Positions 7,078 to 17,365 of a stretch of 64,000 nt of DNA are shown here, piece after piece. Positions within the stretch are counted from its first letter, which is position 1, and each line of letters opens with the position of its first letter. The translations under genes were made by a program, and so were the position numbers. Source of the DNA: a bacterium (GTDB lineage: Bacteria; Desulfobacterota; DSWW01); NCBI GenBank assembly GCA_028277985.1, contig JANQFG010000037.1:194-64193 (forward strand), written 5' to 3'. The notes beneath the pieces are model-generated. The model searched no databases. It worked only from the letters and a program-made list of their open reading frames with translations, and was not told the origin of the DNA.

Positions 7078-9780
7078 ATGAAGAAGAAGCCGACCTATGA
7101 GGATCTCGCCAAGCGGGTCGGGGAGCTGGAGCGGGAAGCCCTCGAACGAGATGGGCAGAACACAGCCCTCCTCGAACAGGCGGAAATCCTGCGACTACTC
7201 CTGAACACCCCTTCCTTGAGCGCCATACTTCTGGATCTTGATTTCAATGTCATTGCGGCGAACGCGATTGCTGCACAGAGAGTAGGCAAGGAGGTCGACG
7301 AGCTCGTCGGGATGAGCCCCCGTGACTATCTGTCCGCAGACCGCGCCGCCTTGAGGTCGGCCCGAGCCGAAGAAGTGGTTCGGTCGGCGCAGCCTGTCGT
7401 CTTTCAGGATGAGCGTGACGGACGACACTACGAGAACCGCCTTGATCCCGTCTTTGATGCTGAGGGCAACATAAGAGCGATCGCAGTATGCACACGGGAC
7501 ATCACCGAGACCCAGCACGCTATTGACGCCCTGCTCGAGAGCGAGGAGAACTTCCGGTTCTTGGCCGAGAATGCGAACGACGGAATCCTGATTGCCTCTG
7601 GAAAAGGTTCCCATGTCTATGCAAACAGGCGGGCATCCGAGATCACCGGGTACACCGTTCAGGAGTTGCTGCAAACGGAGATACGGGACCTGGCCCATCC
7701 GGACGAGCTGCCGGCCATATTGGAGAAATATGCGAAAAGACTCAAAGGCGAGGAATTCCCACGGACGTATGAGACGAGGATCGTCCGAAAGGACGGCGTG
7801 ACCGTTCCGATCGAGTTGACGGGCGCGAAAACCACCTGGAAAGGAGAGCCCTCGGACCTGGTCCTGATCCGTGACGTGACCGAGCGCTCGAGAATCGAGA
7901 CCGAGCTCCGGGGGAGCGAGGAGCGTTTTCGCGCGATCTTCGAGGGTGCTCTTGATGCCATCCTCCTGGTGGAACCGGAAACCGGGAACATCCTGGACGC
8001 GAACCCGACCGCTTCGGAGCTTCTCTGGAAGAGCCAGGAGGAGATCGTTGGGCTGCATTATCGGGAGCTGTTCCCGTCCCGGTGGATGGAAAGGGTGGAC
8101 AGGGCGTACGAGAGTCTGTTCGAGGAAGAACGAACCATTACGCTCGAAACGGACCTGCTCCGCTCCGACGGAAGAGAGGTGCCTGTCGAGGTGCTGGCAC
8201 AGCTCATCCAGATCGATGGAATCCCGGTCATCCATGCTCTCGTTCGTGACATCACGGATCGCAAGAGGATGGACAAAGAGCTTCGCGACAGTGAAGAGCA
8301 GTTTCGCACCCTTGCCGAGGCATCCCTGGCCGGAATATTCATCTACCGGGATGGTCTGTTCCGGTATGCAAACCCTGCACTCGGCCGCATGTTCGGCTAT
8401 GGGGTTTCGGAGATGGTCGGCAGGATGGGGCCGATCGACCTCGTCCGACCGGAAGACCGCGAGGCAGCGAATGCGTATGCCCGAAAGAGCCTCAAGGGTG
8501 GAGCGGAAGAGATCCCGGTGTTCTCCTTTCGAGGGGTGAAGAAAGACGGCCGCCCGATCGACTGCGAGGTGTTGCAAGCAGGGATTCAGTACAGGGGAAG
8601 GCGCGCCTTCATCGGGACCATTCTGGACGTAACCCGGCGCAAGCTGATGGAGGAAGAGCTTCTGAAGACCCAGAAGCTCGAATCCCTGGGCGTGCTCGCA
8701 GGCGGCATTGCCCATGACTTCAACAACATCCTCACGGCGATCTCCACGAACATTTCGATGGCGAGGCTGTACGGGGATCTGGAAGATGACATTTCTCAGA
8801 TGATGGCGGACGCGGAAAAGGCGTCGGTTCGAGCAAAGGCCCTGACACAGCAATTGCTCGCTTTTGCACGGGGCGGCGCGCCGATTCGTAAGAACGTCCC
8901 CCTGGCGAAGGTCCTCAGGGAAAACACCGAGTTCGCCCTGAGCGGATCGAACGTGAATTATGTCTCCTCCATCCCGAAGGATCTCTGGCAGGTGGAAGTG
9001 GATGAGGGACAGATTGGGCAGGTGCTCCACAACCTGGTCATCAATGCCGTGCAGGCCATGCCGGAGGGGGGCAGCATCCGGGTGGGGGCTCGGAACGTTT
9101 CCCCGCGAGATCTAGCCGCTCTTCCCCTCAAGCCCGGCAGGTACGTGAAGGTCTTCGTGAGTGACCAGGGGATCGGGATACCCGAGAGACACCTGAACAA
9201 CATTTTCGATCCCTTCTTCACGACCAAGCAGAAGGGGAGCGGCCTTGGCCTTACCTCCTCCTTCACCATCGTAAGGAATCACGAGGGACACATTCACGTG
9301 GATTCCAAGGTGGACAAGGGGACGACGGTGGATGTCTACCTGCCCGCTTCGGAGGAAACGAGTGCCTCGGAGAAAGGGGCCGAAGAGGCACTCCGTCCAG
9401 GAAAGGGAAGGGTGCTGTTGATCGACGATGAGCGAATGATTCGAAGGGCCGGCCGCGAGGCACTGGCGCGTCTGGGCTACGATGCGACACTTGCCTCGGA
9501 TGGAGCAGAAGGAAGCAGGCTGTATGTGGAGGCGATGAGGGAAGGGCGGGGCTTCGACGTCGTCCTGCTGGACCTGACCATTCCGGGTGGTATGGGGGGG
9601 AAGGACACGGTCCGGGATTTGCTGCGAATCGATCCGAATGCGAAGGTCATCGCTTCCAGCGGCTATTCGAACGATCCGCTCATGGCTGACTACAAGGCGT
9701 ACGGCTTCCGGGAAGTGATCGTCAAACCCTACAGGGTCGAAGACCTGGGCGAGGTGTTGCACAGGGTATTGGAAGGATAG
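7078..9780 (+). CDS. Cytoplasmic hybrid sensor histidine kinase (4 PAS, HisKA, HATPase, REC)
   Basis: Repeated DITE/DITDR PAS ends, [11 protein letters not shown]-box, FDPFFTTK...GSGLGL, C-terminal receiver (LLDLTIPG). Confidence 0.93.
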   Translation: MKKKPTYEDLAKRVGELEREALERDGQNTALLEQAEILRLLLNTPSLSAILLDLDFNVIAANAIAAQRVGKEVDELVGMSPRDYLSADRAALRSARAEEVVRSAQPVVFQDERDGRHYENRLDPVFDAEGNIRAIAVCTRDITETQHAIDALLESEENFRFLAENANDGILIASGKGSHVYANRRASEITGYTVQELLQTEIRDLAHPDELPAILEKYAKRLKGEEFPRTYETRIVRKDGVTVPIELTGAKTTWKGEPSDLVLIRDVTERSRIETELRGSEERFRAIFEGALDAILLVEPETGNILDANPTASELLWKSQEEIVGLHYRELFPSRWMERVDRAYESLFEEERTITLETDLLRSDGREVPVEVLAQLIQIDGIPVIHALVRDITDRKRMDKELRDSEEQFRTLAEASLAGIFIYRDGLFRYANPALGRMFGYGVSEMVGRMGPIDLVRPEDREAANAYARKSLKGGAEEIPVFSFRGVKKDGRPIDCEVLQAGIQYRGRRAFIGTILDVTRRKLMEEELLKTQKLESLGVLAGGIAHDFNNILTAISTNISMARLYGDLEDDISQMMADAEKASVRAKALTQQLLAFARGGAPIRKNVPLAKVLRENTEFALSGSNVNYVSSIPKDLWQVEVDEGQIGQVLHNLVINAVQAMPEGGSIRVGARNVSPRDLAALPLKPGRYVKVFVSDQGIGIPERHLNNIFDPFFTTKQKGSGLGLTSSFTIVRNHEGHIHVDSKVDKGTTVDVYLPASEETSASEKGAEEALRPGKGRVLLIDDERMIRRAGREALARLGYDATLASDGAEGSRLYVEAMREGRGFDVVLLDLTIPGGMGGKDTVRDLLRIDPNAKVIASSGYSNDPLMADYKAYGFREVIVKPYRVEDLGEVLHRVLEG

Positions 9781-9905
9781 AATCGAAGCATCCTACCCTT
9801 TTCCTCTGGTACCAACTCCTCAGGAACGGTCCGTTGATGAATCCGTTGTGACCGCAGTAGCGCTGAATGCCGGGGAGATCCGTTCGTTACACTCAAGGCA
9901 GCTGG

Positions 9906-11798
9906 CTACTCCCATACGCACACGTCATCCGGGCCCCCGTCGTCGGTGAAGAAGAGGCTTCCCTGGAAGTCCTGTGTAAAATCGGTTCCGGTGAACACCA
10001 CCTGGTAGTGGCCGTCCGCGCCGGGTGAAAAGGTGACCGGCCAGATGAACGCGAAGGAGGCCTGGAAGGAATCGGTCTCGTCGAAGGCGAATCCTTCTCC
10101 ATCATTCTTGTCTTCGTACAGCCAGAGCCTGTGTTCGAAAATGTTCGTCAGGGGCTGTCCGTTCTGCAGCACGTCGAAATCCACCTGGAAGCCTTCGACC
10201 GGATCGTTTCGTTTGGTGCAGGTGATCTCTACGGAAGGGTCGAAGGGATACACGAGCATGTCAAAGGTGGCCTCGGCGGTCTGGTTCGTCGGGGCCGTGG
10301 CCGTCACATGGATGGAGTACGTCCGCCCTCCAGGCTCGCCCGTGAGGCCCGGGGCTCGCAGCGCCCACATGGTGGTGGCCGGTGGAGTGGTCTCCACAAC
10401 CGGGGTACAGTCGGAAACGTCCGGTTCGACACAATTCAAGATATCAATCTGCATCTCACTCATTGCGTTGTTCGTCGCGGTAACGATCTCGATTTCCATG
10501 CTGCTGTCGAATCGGGGGAAGCCCGTCGGGCCGAACTGCAACTGGGGCGTGGCGTAGAAGCTTATGATGTCGAAGTCGCCCTCGATGAGGCACGTAGCGG
10601 AGCACCCGTCACCGTCATCATTGTTTCCGTCGTCGCACTCCTCCCCGGGATCGACATTGCCGTTCCCGCAAAACGCAAGTTCAAGCTGACAGTCATTCGT
10701 GCAACCGTCGCCGTCCGTGTTGTTCCCGTCATCGCACTCTTCCCCCTGGCTGGTGCACGTCATGCCGTCTCCGCAGAACTCCACCAAGCAGGAGGCGGAA
10801 CACCCATCACAGTTCAGGTTGGCCCCGTCGTCGCACTCCTCCCAGGGGTCCGGAATGCCGTCGCCACAGAAGGTCCAGGTGCAATCGTTTCGGCAACCGT
10901 CCGTATCGTTCCCGTTGCCATCGTCGCACTGCTCTCTGGGATCCTGGATCCCGTCGCCGCAGGCCTCGATGGTGCAGTCCGCCCTGCACCCGTCCCCGCC
11001 GGTTGTGTTGCCATCGTCGCATTCCTCACTCGGATCGAGAGTACCGTCCCCGCACCCGTCCACCTGCGACGCCGTGTGGAAGGGCCAGAACTCCTCACCA
11101 ATCATCGGGTTTCCGTCCGTATCCCTCACGGACCCGATGCGGACGAGATACAACTTGTCGAAATCGAGATCTTCGTGGGGAACGAACAGGATATCGGTGC
11201 CCTGGACAATGCGATCTCCCTCGATGATCCCGTCGAAAATTCGGTCTACCCAGAAGTGGGTTTGTGTGACAAACGCGGGATCCATGTCCTTGTCAAAGGT
11301 CACCCTGATGACCGCGTAGACGGGCACACCCCTGGCATCCCTCTCAGGAAACATGGATACCACCATCGGCGGGACGCCTGTTCCGGGAGGGGGCTCCGTG
11401 GTGAACGACCAGACGTAGTCCTCCAGCATTCGAAAGCCGAATGTTTGTGTCCTTACGTCCGCCTTGATGGTCGCCGTGTAGGTGGTCTCATACTCGAGAG
11501 GAGACTCCGAGACAAACCTGAACGTACCCTCTTTGGCCGGGGTAGGGCAGCTGGTGCACATGGTGATCAAGAACGGGGTCACAGGGCCTGTCGGTGATTC
11601 CAGAAGAAAAGTCGATGCATTCACGCTCGAGGAGGCCATTGGGGCCGAGAATGCTACGAGCAAATCCGTTTCGACCGGAAAATTGACTCCTTCATCCTCC
11701 GGCTGGGTCCAGGTGACAACGGGATCGCATCCCGTGACTAGCAGGAAACCGAGAAATACGTACAGAAGGGCCATGAGCCGGGTCTTTTCTCTTTTCAT
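9906..11798 (-). CDS. Surface lipoprotein with two Big_5 Ig-like domains and Myxococcus Cys-rich (DUF4215) repeats
   Basis: Lipobox VTGC; FSAPM...WSFTT and FDKDMD...WPFHT Ig-like domains; five CGDG...EECDDGN...DGC...C repeats. Confidence 0.85.
   Translation of the reverse strand: MKREKTRLMALLYVFLGFLLVTGCDPVVTWTQPEDEGVNFPVETDLLVAFSAPMASSSVNASTFLLESPTGPVTPFLITMCTSCPTPAKEGTFRFVSESPLEYETTYTATIKADVRTQTFGFRMLEDYVWSFTTEPPPGTGVPPMVVSMFPERDARGVPVYAVIRVTFDKDMDPAFVTQTHFWVDRIFDGIIEGDRIVQGTDILFVPHEDLDFDKLYLVRIGSVRDTDGNPMIGEEFWPFHTASQVDGCGDGTLDPSEECDDGNTTGGDGCRADCTIEACGDGIQDPREQCDDGNGNDTDGCRNDCTWTFCGDGIPDPWEECDDGANLNCDGCSASCLVEFCGDGMTCTSQGEECDDGNNTDGDGCTNDCQLELAFCGNGNVDPGEECDDGNNDDGDGCSATCLIEGDFDIISFYATPQLQFGPTGFPRFDSSMEIEIVTATNNAMSEMQIDILNCVEPDVSDCTPVVETTPPATTMWALRAPGLTGEPGGRTYSIHVTATAPTNQTAEATFDMLVYPFDPSVEITCTKRNDPVEGFQVDFDVLQNGQPLTNIFEHRLWLYEDKNDGEGFAFDETDSFQASFAFIWPVTFSPGADGHYQVVFTGTDFTQDFQGSLFFTDDGGPDDVCVWE
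10581..11054 (-). repeat. Five tandem Cys/Asp-rich coding repeats (about 31-35 aa each)
   Basis: CG(D/N)G-x-E(E/Q)CDDG-x-DGC-x3-C repeated five times. Confidence 0.9.
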
Positions 11799-11972
11799 GC
11801 TTCCGCCTCCCCCGGGTGGTTTCGGTCATGCCGGTTTGATTCCTTTTCACCCTCGGCGGATACAGGAGGGAGGGGAGATTGACCCGCGGGCGGGACTTGT
11901 ATTATGGAATAGAATCCCTAGGGGGGACATGGACCGACGATTCATTCACAAGCTCTTTCCGGAGGTGGCGAA

Positions 11973-12605
11973 ATGACGGAATCCGCATCGCAGGCTCTGT
12001 CGATTCTGAGAGATCCTTCCCAGTTCGAGTGGTACGTGGTGCCCCTGCTCGTCCTGGTGATCTACGTTTACAACGTGGAGGTAGGAAAGCGGAACTGGAA
12101 CCTTGTCTTCGGCGGGCTCGCCCTCTGGGGGATGGACTGGTTCAACGAGATATGGAATGCCCTCGTCTTTCACTTCACCCAGTACGCCCCGGTCTGGGGG
12201 GCTCCGGCCGACACCGCCTTTCTGCTGCTGATCGGGCTCAACATCGAGATCTGCATGATGTTCTTCATCCTCGGGATCGTTGCGGCGCACACCCTGCCGG
12301 AAGACAAGGGTGCGAAGATCATGGGGCTGCCGAACAGGCTCGTCTACGCGGTCGGGTACTCCATCGTGGCGGTTGTCATCGAGATGTTTCTCAACGCCGC
12401 GGGCGCACTGACCTGGGACTACTCCTGGTGGACGATCAAGGTCCCCTGGCTCATCTTCCTGATCGGCTACATGCCTTTCTTCCTCGTCTGTTTCTGGGTC
12501 CATGACATGGAGACGGTCAAGAAGAAGGCGATCACCGTGGGCTTGATACTCGGGTTTGACGCGGTCTGTCTGATCCTGTTCGGCGCGATCCTCAAGTGGA
12601 TCTAA
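11973..12605 (+). CDS. Hypothetical multi-pass membrane protein
   Basis: About 6 hydrophobic helices; RBS GGAGG; GC-rich third codon positions. Confidence 0.8.
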   Translation: MTESASQALSILRDPSQFEWYVVPLLVLVIYVYNVEVGKRNWNLVFGGLALWGMDWFNEIWNALVFHFTQYAPVWGAPADTAFLLLIGLNIEICMMFFILGIVAAHTLPEDKGAKIMGLPNRLVYAVGYSIVAVVIEMFLNAAGALTWDYSWWTIKVPWLIFLIGYMPFFLVCFWVHDMETVKKKAITVGLILGFDAVCLILFGAILKWI

Positions 12606-12686
12606 CAGGACGTTCTTGGCTGCCCGTGAATCTGCATGTAACGAGGCAAGGGCACCCACATGGAGAGGTGGGAGGTGGGGTCTCTG

Positions 12687-12862
12687 GTGCGATCGCCTGT
12701 TCCGTATCGGTTTTCGCAGGTCGACTCGTGGAGGCTTCCCGAGTCCCCGCGTGCATATCGAAGGACTTCGCGCTCGGCGCCCAAGTTTCGCCGTGTGGGA
12801 CGAGGGACTCCGTTGCCGGAACACGGAGACCAAGGAAACCGATACGGAACAGGCGATCGCAC
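12687..12862. mobile_element. MITE-like non-autonomous element with perfect 27-bp terminal inverted repeats
   Basis: GTGCGATCGCCTGTTCCGTATCGGTTT (12687-12713) and its exact reverse complement (12836-12862); flanks CTG| and |TAG; internal hairpins; no credible coding sequence. Confidence 0.65.
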
Positions 12863-13935
12863 TAGTAGGAGCCCACATACTCCGGTTTCATGCCCGACAT
12901 GAAGTGGTCGAGCCCCGGCAGGCCGTCGTCCGACAGGGCCATGAGGGGGCCGACCAGCCCTGGAAACCGGAAATAGAGGCTGTGCATGAGTAGTTTCTGC
13001 GGATTGTTCAGCCAGCGATTCCGGTACCAGCTCAGTTTGTAGCCTCTGTTGAAACGCTTGAAGTCCTGTGCGGCGCCTTCCGGGTCCGTGACTGCACGAG
13101 CGGCGATCCGGCCGGAGAGCAGCGCGCCGTGTATGCCGAAGTAGGAGCCGGGCTCCATCATGCCGGCCAGGGTGCCGGCCAGGATCTTGCCGTCCCAGAA
13201 GAGCCTGGGTGCGTCCGGCCTTCCCATGGGGACGTAGACCTCGAAAGCGTCCCATCGGTCGAAGCGGATCCCTTCACTTCTTTCGAGCTCCTCCTCGAAC
13301 TTTCTGAGATTCCCCTGCGACAGGTCACGGTCCGAGAAGAGCAGTACGTAGTCGAGCTCGTTGTTGATGGGTCCGTAGCCGTAGGTGTTCGTGTAGGTGC
13401 CGAACCAGGTTCGTATATCACCCTGACGCTCCGGATCCGATACCTTTCGAGTGGCAGAGAAACAGGGCAGGCGAACGCAGGGGCGGTCCAGGGCATCGTA
13501 CATCTCCCGGAAAAGGCCCGTGGCCAGGATCGCCGGGTCCGGCACATCCGATGGATGGGATATCACCTGACCGAATTCGAACTTCACGCCTCCCTTCAGG
13601 GCCAGATCGTAAAGGAACGTGTCCAGGGAGGTCTTGCGAGGGCCCCGCTCGACAGAGTAGCAGTTCCAGGAGAGGCTGTACCTGCGGCCCTTCAGGTGAA
13701 CGTACATGTGATTCTGGGGGACGAGGCACTGGGTGATGTCGATCCCCACATAGTTCTTGAGGAGATCGATGTTCACGGGTGTGGAGTGATTGGACGGGTG
13801 GTGGGGATGAAGTCCCCCGATCGATTTCGCCCGTTCGAGCACAGTGACATCGTGGCCTTCCCTGGCGAGGCAGATAGCGGCCACCAGGCCGGACAGGCCG
13901 GCCCCCACGATGTGTACCTTCCGACCTTCTGTCAT
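12862..13935 (-). CDS. FAD-dependent oxidoreductase (geranylgeranyl-reductase-like)
   Basis: N-terminal GAGLSG...LER dinucleotide fold; AGTLAGMMEPGSYFGIHGALLSGRIAA (GD-type motif variant). Start MTEGRK at 13935. Confidence 0.85.
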   Translation of the reverse strand: MTEGRKVHIVGAGLSGLVAAICLAREGHDVTVLERAKSIGGLHPHHPSNHSTPVNIDLLKNYVGIDITQCLVPQNHMYVHLKGRRYSLSWNCYSVERGPRKTSLDTFLYDLALKGGVKFEFGQVISHPSDVPDPAILATGLFREMYDALDRPCVRLPCFSATRKVSDPERQGDIRTWFGTYTNTYGYGPINNELDYVLLFSDRDLSQGNLRKFEEELERSEGIRFDRWDAFEVYVPMGRPDAPRLFWDGKILAGTLAGMMEPGSYFGIHGALLSGRIAARAVTDPEGAAQDFKRFNRGYKLSWYRNRWLNNPQKLLMHSLYFRFPGLVGPLMALSDDGLPGLDHFMSGMKPEYVGSY

Positions 13936-13958
13936 GGGTGCACCTCCCGGGCTTGCGC

Positions 13959-14531
13959 TTACCTCTCGAGGACGAACTCCCACTCGCACATGACACCCTC
14001 CCTGGGTGGATCCGGGTGTGCGTGGAGGCATTGTGCCTCGATCTTCTCATTGATGATCTTTGCCAGCCCGATATAGAGCGGGGGCGAGAGGTCCCTGCAG
14101 GGCAGGAGTTCGAGATTCTGTGCCTTGCGAAACGTGCCCATGGGGCAGGCGTGGATCACCATCTTCAGCCGGGAATCGCTCACCTCTGTGAACTCCCATT
14201 CGAAGCCGGCGCTCACCCACTGGGGAGCCGTGAATTTCAGAAGCGAGGCCAGAGCCTGCATGTCGTCCCCAAGGCCCAGAACCTTTACCGTGCGGTATGC
14301 CTGGGCGGGTGCGACCTTCTCCCAGACAAGGGCATCCATCTTGGCCGCGTTTTCGAAGCCGAACTCCTGCTCTGTGAAGACCATCCAGTAGTTCTGCAGG
14401 GTCCAGTAGGTCTTCAGCCAGAGGTTGACCATCTCGGCGAGAGTTTCCTTTGGCAGGGTGACGAGCTCTTCTTTGAGCCCTTCCCATGTAACCGGTCCGG
14501 CCTGGGTGGTAAGCTTGGGGGTCTCGGCCAT
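13959..14531 (-). CDS. DUF6125 family protein (V4R/ATC-hydrolase-like, Cys motif)
   Basis: W...EQEFG...A..MD..VW; CP...R......LPC...Y...A..IN..I...C....PD.P.....CEWEF. Confidence 0.75.
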   Translation of the reverse strand: MAETPKLTTQAGPVTWEGLKEELVTLPKETLAEMVNLWLKTYWTLQNYWMVFTEQEFGFENAAKMDALVWEKVAPAQAYRTVKVLGLGDDMQALASLLKFTAPQWVSAGFEWEFTEVSDSRLKMVIHACPMGTFRKAQNLELLPCRDLSPPLYIGLAKIINEKIEAQCLHAHPDPPREGVMCEWEFVLER

Positions 14532-14562
14532 GGTTTTCGGGTCCCTCCTTGCCTTCGTTGCG

Positions 14563-15987
14563 TTAGAGCCCGTTGATGAACTCCACCAGGGGCCGGGTGG
14601 ACACGACCGGCCCGATCAGACGGTCGAACCGGGCCAGCGCCATTTCGTGGTCTTCCTGGTTGGAGGCGGCACACGCATCCGACGCGACGATGGTGCAGTA
14701 GCCCCTGTCGGAGGCGCTTCGGGCCGTTGCCTCGACGCAGAAATCGGTTAGAAAGCCACAGAGGATCAGTGTGTTCGTGCCGAGCAGGTTCAGGTATCGC
14801 TCCAGGGGCGTAGCCTCGAAGGCGCTCCAGCCCGCTTTTTCGATCAGGATCTCGTCATCCCGGAGGAACGGTTTCAGCTCGTCGTAGATGTCGGTGTCCC
14901 AGGTCCCTCCCAGAAAGGCCTCGGGCAACATGCCGTGAATCCAGTCCATCATCCTCCCGTCAAGAGTCCCGGGGAAGATGTCCTTTCCGCCCGGAAGACG
15001 GTTTTGCTTGATCCAGAAGACCTTGATCCCTTTCTGCCGGCACGCCTCCACGAGGCTTTTCACGTTCTCTACGGCGCCGGTCTCTTTTGCGTGCCGCCAG
15101 GATTCGATGAAGTTGAGACTCCCTTTCTCGTGCAGGTTGTCGTTCTGCGGGTCCACCACCAGGAGAGCCGTCTTTTCTCGGTCGAGGTATTTCTTCCAGT
15201 CGACGATGTCGTTCAGGGAGACCCCATCTGCGATCCGTGCACCGATTTCCTCAAGATCGTATTCGCGGGTTTCGGCGGGGAGCGGAGGGAGCCGGACCTC
15301 ACGGATCAGAGAAAGGAGATCGTCGGTGGATACAACGGGTCCGATCAATCTCTCCATTCTGTCGAGCGCCTTCTGGTGAATCCCTTCGTTTTCCGTTGCA
15401 CAGGCGTCCCGCACGGTCACGGCGAGATACCCCTTGTCGCAGGCGGACCGCACCGTCGCTTCCACGCAGAAGTCCGTGAGAAAGCCCGTCGTCAGGATCA
15501 CTCCTGCCCCCACGTTCCTGAGATACTTCTCCAGATTGGTTCCTTCGAACATGCTGGATCCGTGCTTGCCGATCACGATGTCCTTTGGGTCGACCAGGTC
15601 CGCCAGGTCGTCGAAGATCTCGGTTTCCCAGGTATCCTGTAGAAAGGCGTCCGGGATCAGGGTTCGGATGAGCGAGAGGGAATCCCCGTCCCAGGTTCCC
15701 GGAAAGACGTCCCGTCCCCCGGCGAGGCGGTACTGCTTCGCCCAGATGACCGGGATTCCGGCCTGTCTGCAGGCAGGGACCACGCGCTTCAAGTTCTCCA
15801 CCGCTCGGTTTTCCTGGGCGTGTTTCCACACCTGCCAGAAGTTGAGGGTCCCTTTTTCGTCGAGCACGTCGTTCTGTGCATCGATCACCAGCAGCACGGC
15901 GCGGGACCGCTTGAAGTGTTCCTGCCACTGCGCGATCTCGAAGAGGGATGTTCCCTTCAGGGTGTCGGTGGGGTTGTGCTGCGCCAT
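14563..15987 (-). CDS. Isochorismatase-family cysteine hydrolase with two tandem domains
   Basis: Two copies of the D-K-C triad: IDAQND / IGKHGSSMF / GFLTDFCVEAT and VDPQND / IEKAGWSAF / GFLTDFCVEAT. Confidence 0.9.
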   Translation of the reverse strand: MAQHNPTDTLKGTSLFEIAQWQEHFKRSRAVLLVIDAQNDVLDEKGTLNFWQVWKHAQENRAVENLKRVVPACRQAGIPVIWAKQYRLAGGRDVFPGTWDGDSLSLIRTLIPDAFLQDTWETEIFDDLADLVDPKDIVIGKHGSSMFEGTNLEKYLRNVGAGVILTTGFLTDFCVEATVRSACDKGYLAVTVRDACATENEGIHQKALDRMERLIGPVVSTDDLLSLIREVRLPPLPAETREYDLEEIGARIADGVSLNDIVDWKKYLDREKTALLVVDPQNDNLHEKGSLNFIESWRHAKETGAVENVKSLVEACRQKGIKVFWIKQNRLPGGKDIFPGTLDGRMMDWIHGMLPEAFLGGTWDTDIYDELKPFLRDDEILIEKAGWSAFEATPLERYLNLLGTNTLILCGFLTDFCVEATARSASDRGYCTIVASDACAASNQEDHEMALARFDRLIGPVVSTRPLVEFINGL

Positions 15988-16008
15988 TCTCTTCCCTCTG
16001 GGCTGTGC

Positions 16009-17361
16009 CTAAGCATCTTCTTTGTCCTGTTTGTAGGCCCTTTCGAAGTAGTCGATCTTGTACTCGGAGCGAGGCAGCGTGTTCGGTGGGATCAGCTTGA
16101 TCACAGGTGTGAAGACGAGCCTCTCCTTGATCGTCCGCTTGAGCCGGTCTGCCAGCGCACCCGTCTCGTCGGGCGCGATCTGTTCCCCGTACTCGATCTT
16201 CAGCTCCAGATTCGTGTTGATCGCCGGCCCCGGCTCGTAGAGAACGATTCGGAATTCCCCGGTCGTCTCCGGCATGAAGGAGCAGACGACGTCTTTCACA
16301 GCGGAGGGGAAGACGTTGACCGCCTTCACCTTGAGCATGTCGTCGCTTCTCCCGAAGACGGTGAACCGGAACGAGGTTCTGCCGCAGGGACAGGGGGAGG
16401 TGAAGACCCGGACCATGTCCCGGCACCGGTAACGGATCACCGGCGTCGCCTCCCGGTCGATGGTGGTGTAAACGATCTCCCCTTCCGCACCGTCCTGCAT
16501 CTCGATCGGCTCGAGCGAGACGGGGTTGATCAGCTCGGCCATCACGAGCCCCTGGCCGCAGAAGTGCATCCCCTCCGAAGCCCCGCATTCGCTCGCAAGA
16601 TCCGCGGCCACGTCGGCAAGACCGTAGTAGTTTCTTGCCGCGATGCCCCACTCCTCCTCGATCCGTGTTCGGTCCTTGTCCGCCAGGGCCTCGCCGGCCA
16701 GAAAGCCTTTGGTGAACGAGAGGTCCACCGGCTCCATCTTGAGGTGCTCTCGTACGTATTCTGCCAGGAAGCTCGTTGTGGACGGCGTGGCGAACAGGAT
16801 CGAAGGCTTCAGGTCGAGCACGAGCTGCATGAGCTTCTCGAGGCCTGTCGTGGCAAGGGGGGCAGGGATCACGCGAATGCCCATCGCCTCCGCCGAGACC
16901 GTCTCGGAGAGGCCCCCTACGAAAAGGGTGAAGTTGGCCGGGTTGATGAAGGAGTCTCCGGGCCGCAGGCCTCCTGTCCACGCGTGCCGGGCGAAGAGCT
17001 CCTTCCAGCTTTCCGTGTCCCTCGCGGTGAGCCCCACGTAGAGAGGCCTTCCCGTGGTGCCGCTCGTTCCCTGGATGCGAACGACCGCTTCATGTGGTGC
17101 GCACCGGTGACCGCCGAGACCGCCGACCTCGGCCTGTGTCTTTCGCAGATCATCCTTGGTCGTGAAGGGGAGCTTGACGATATCGTCCCGTGAACGGATC
17201 TTGTCGGGCACTACGCCGGCTCGTTCGAACTTCTCTCTGTAGAAAGGGGATCTCTCAAAGACGTAGCCTACCTGCTCGGCGAGGATTCTGGACTCCTCGG
17301 CGCGGAGGTCCTCCGGAGACATGGTCTCGGCCGCTTCGTTCCAGTACTTGCGATCTTCCAT
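16009..17361 (-). CDS. Phenylacetate--CoA ligase (PaaK) family protein
   Basis: LPFTTKDDLR, GTSGTTGRP, YGL, IRYR, GRSDDMLKVKAVNVFPS. Confidence 0.88.
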   Translation of the reverse strand: MEDRKYWNEAAETMSPEDLRAEESRILAEQVGYVFERSPFYREKFERAGVVPDKIRSRDDIVKLPFTTKDDLRKTQAEVGGLGGHRCAPHEAVVRIQGTSGTTGRPLYVGLTARDTESWKELFARHAWTGGLRPGDSFINPANFTLFVGGLSETVSAEAMGIRVIPAPLATTGLEKLMQLVLDLKPSILFATPSTTSFLAEYVREHLKMEPVDLSFTKGFLAGEALADKDRTRIEEEWGIAARNYYGLADVAADLASECGASEGMHFCGQGLVMAELINPVSLEPIEMQDGAEGEIVYTTIDREATPVIRYRCRDMVRVFTSPCPCGRTSFRFTVFGRSDDMLKVKAVNVFPSAVKDVVCSFMPETTGEFRIVLYEPGPAINTNLELKIEYGEQIAPDETGALADRLKRTIKERLVFTPVIKLIPPNTLPRSEYKIDYFERAYKQDKEDA

Positions 17362-17365
17362 GGGA

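Noticed and set aside
10581-11054. Periodic DNA repeats as a possible CRISPR array
   Set aside because: Degenerate, in-frame coding repeats of a Cys-rich domain; no identical repeats or cas genes.
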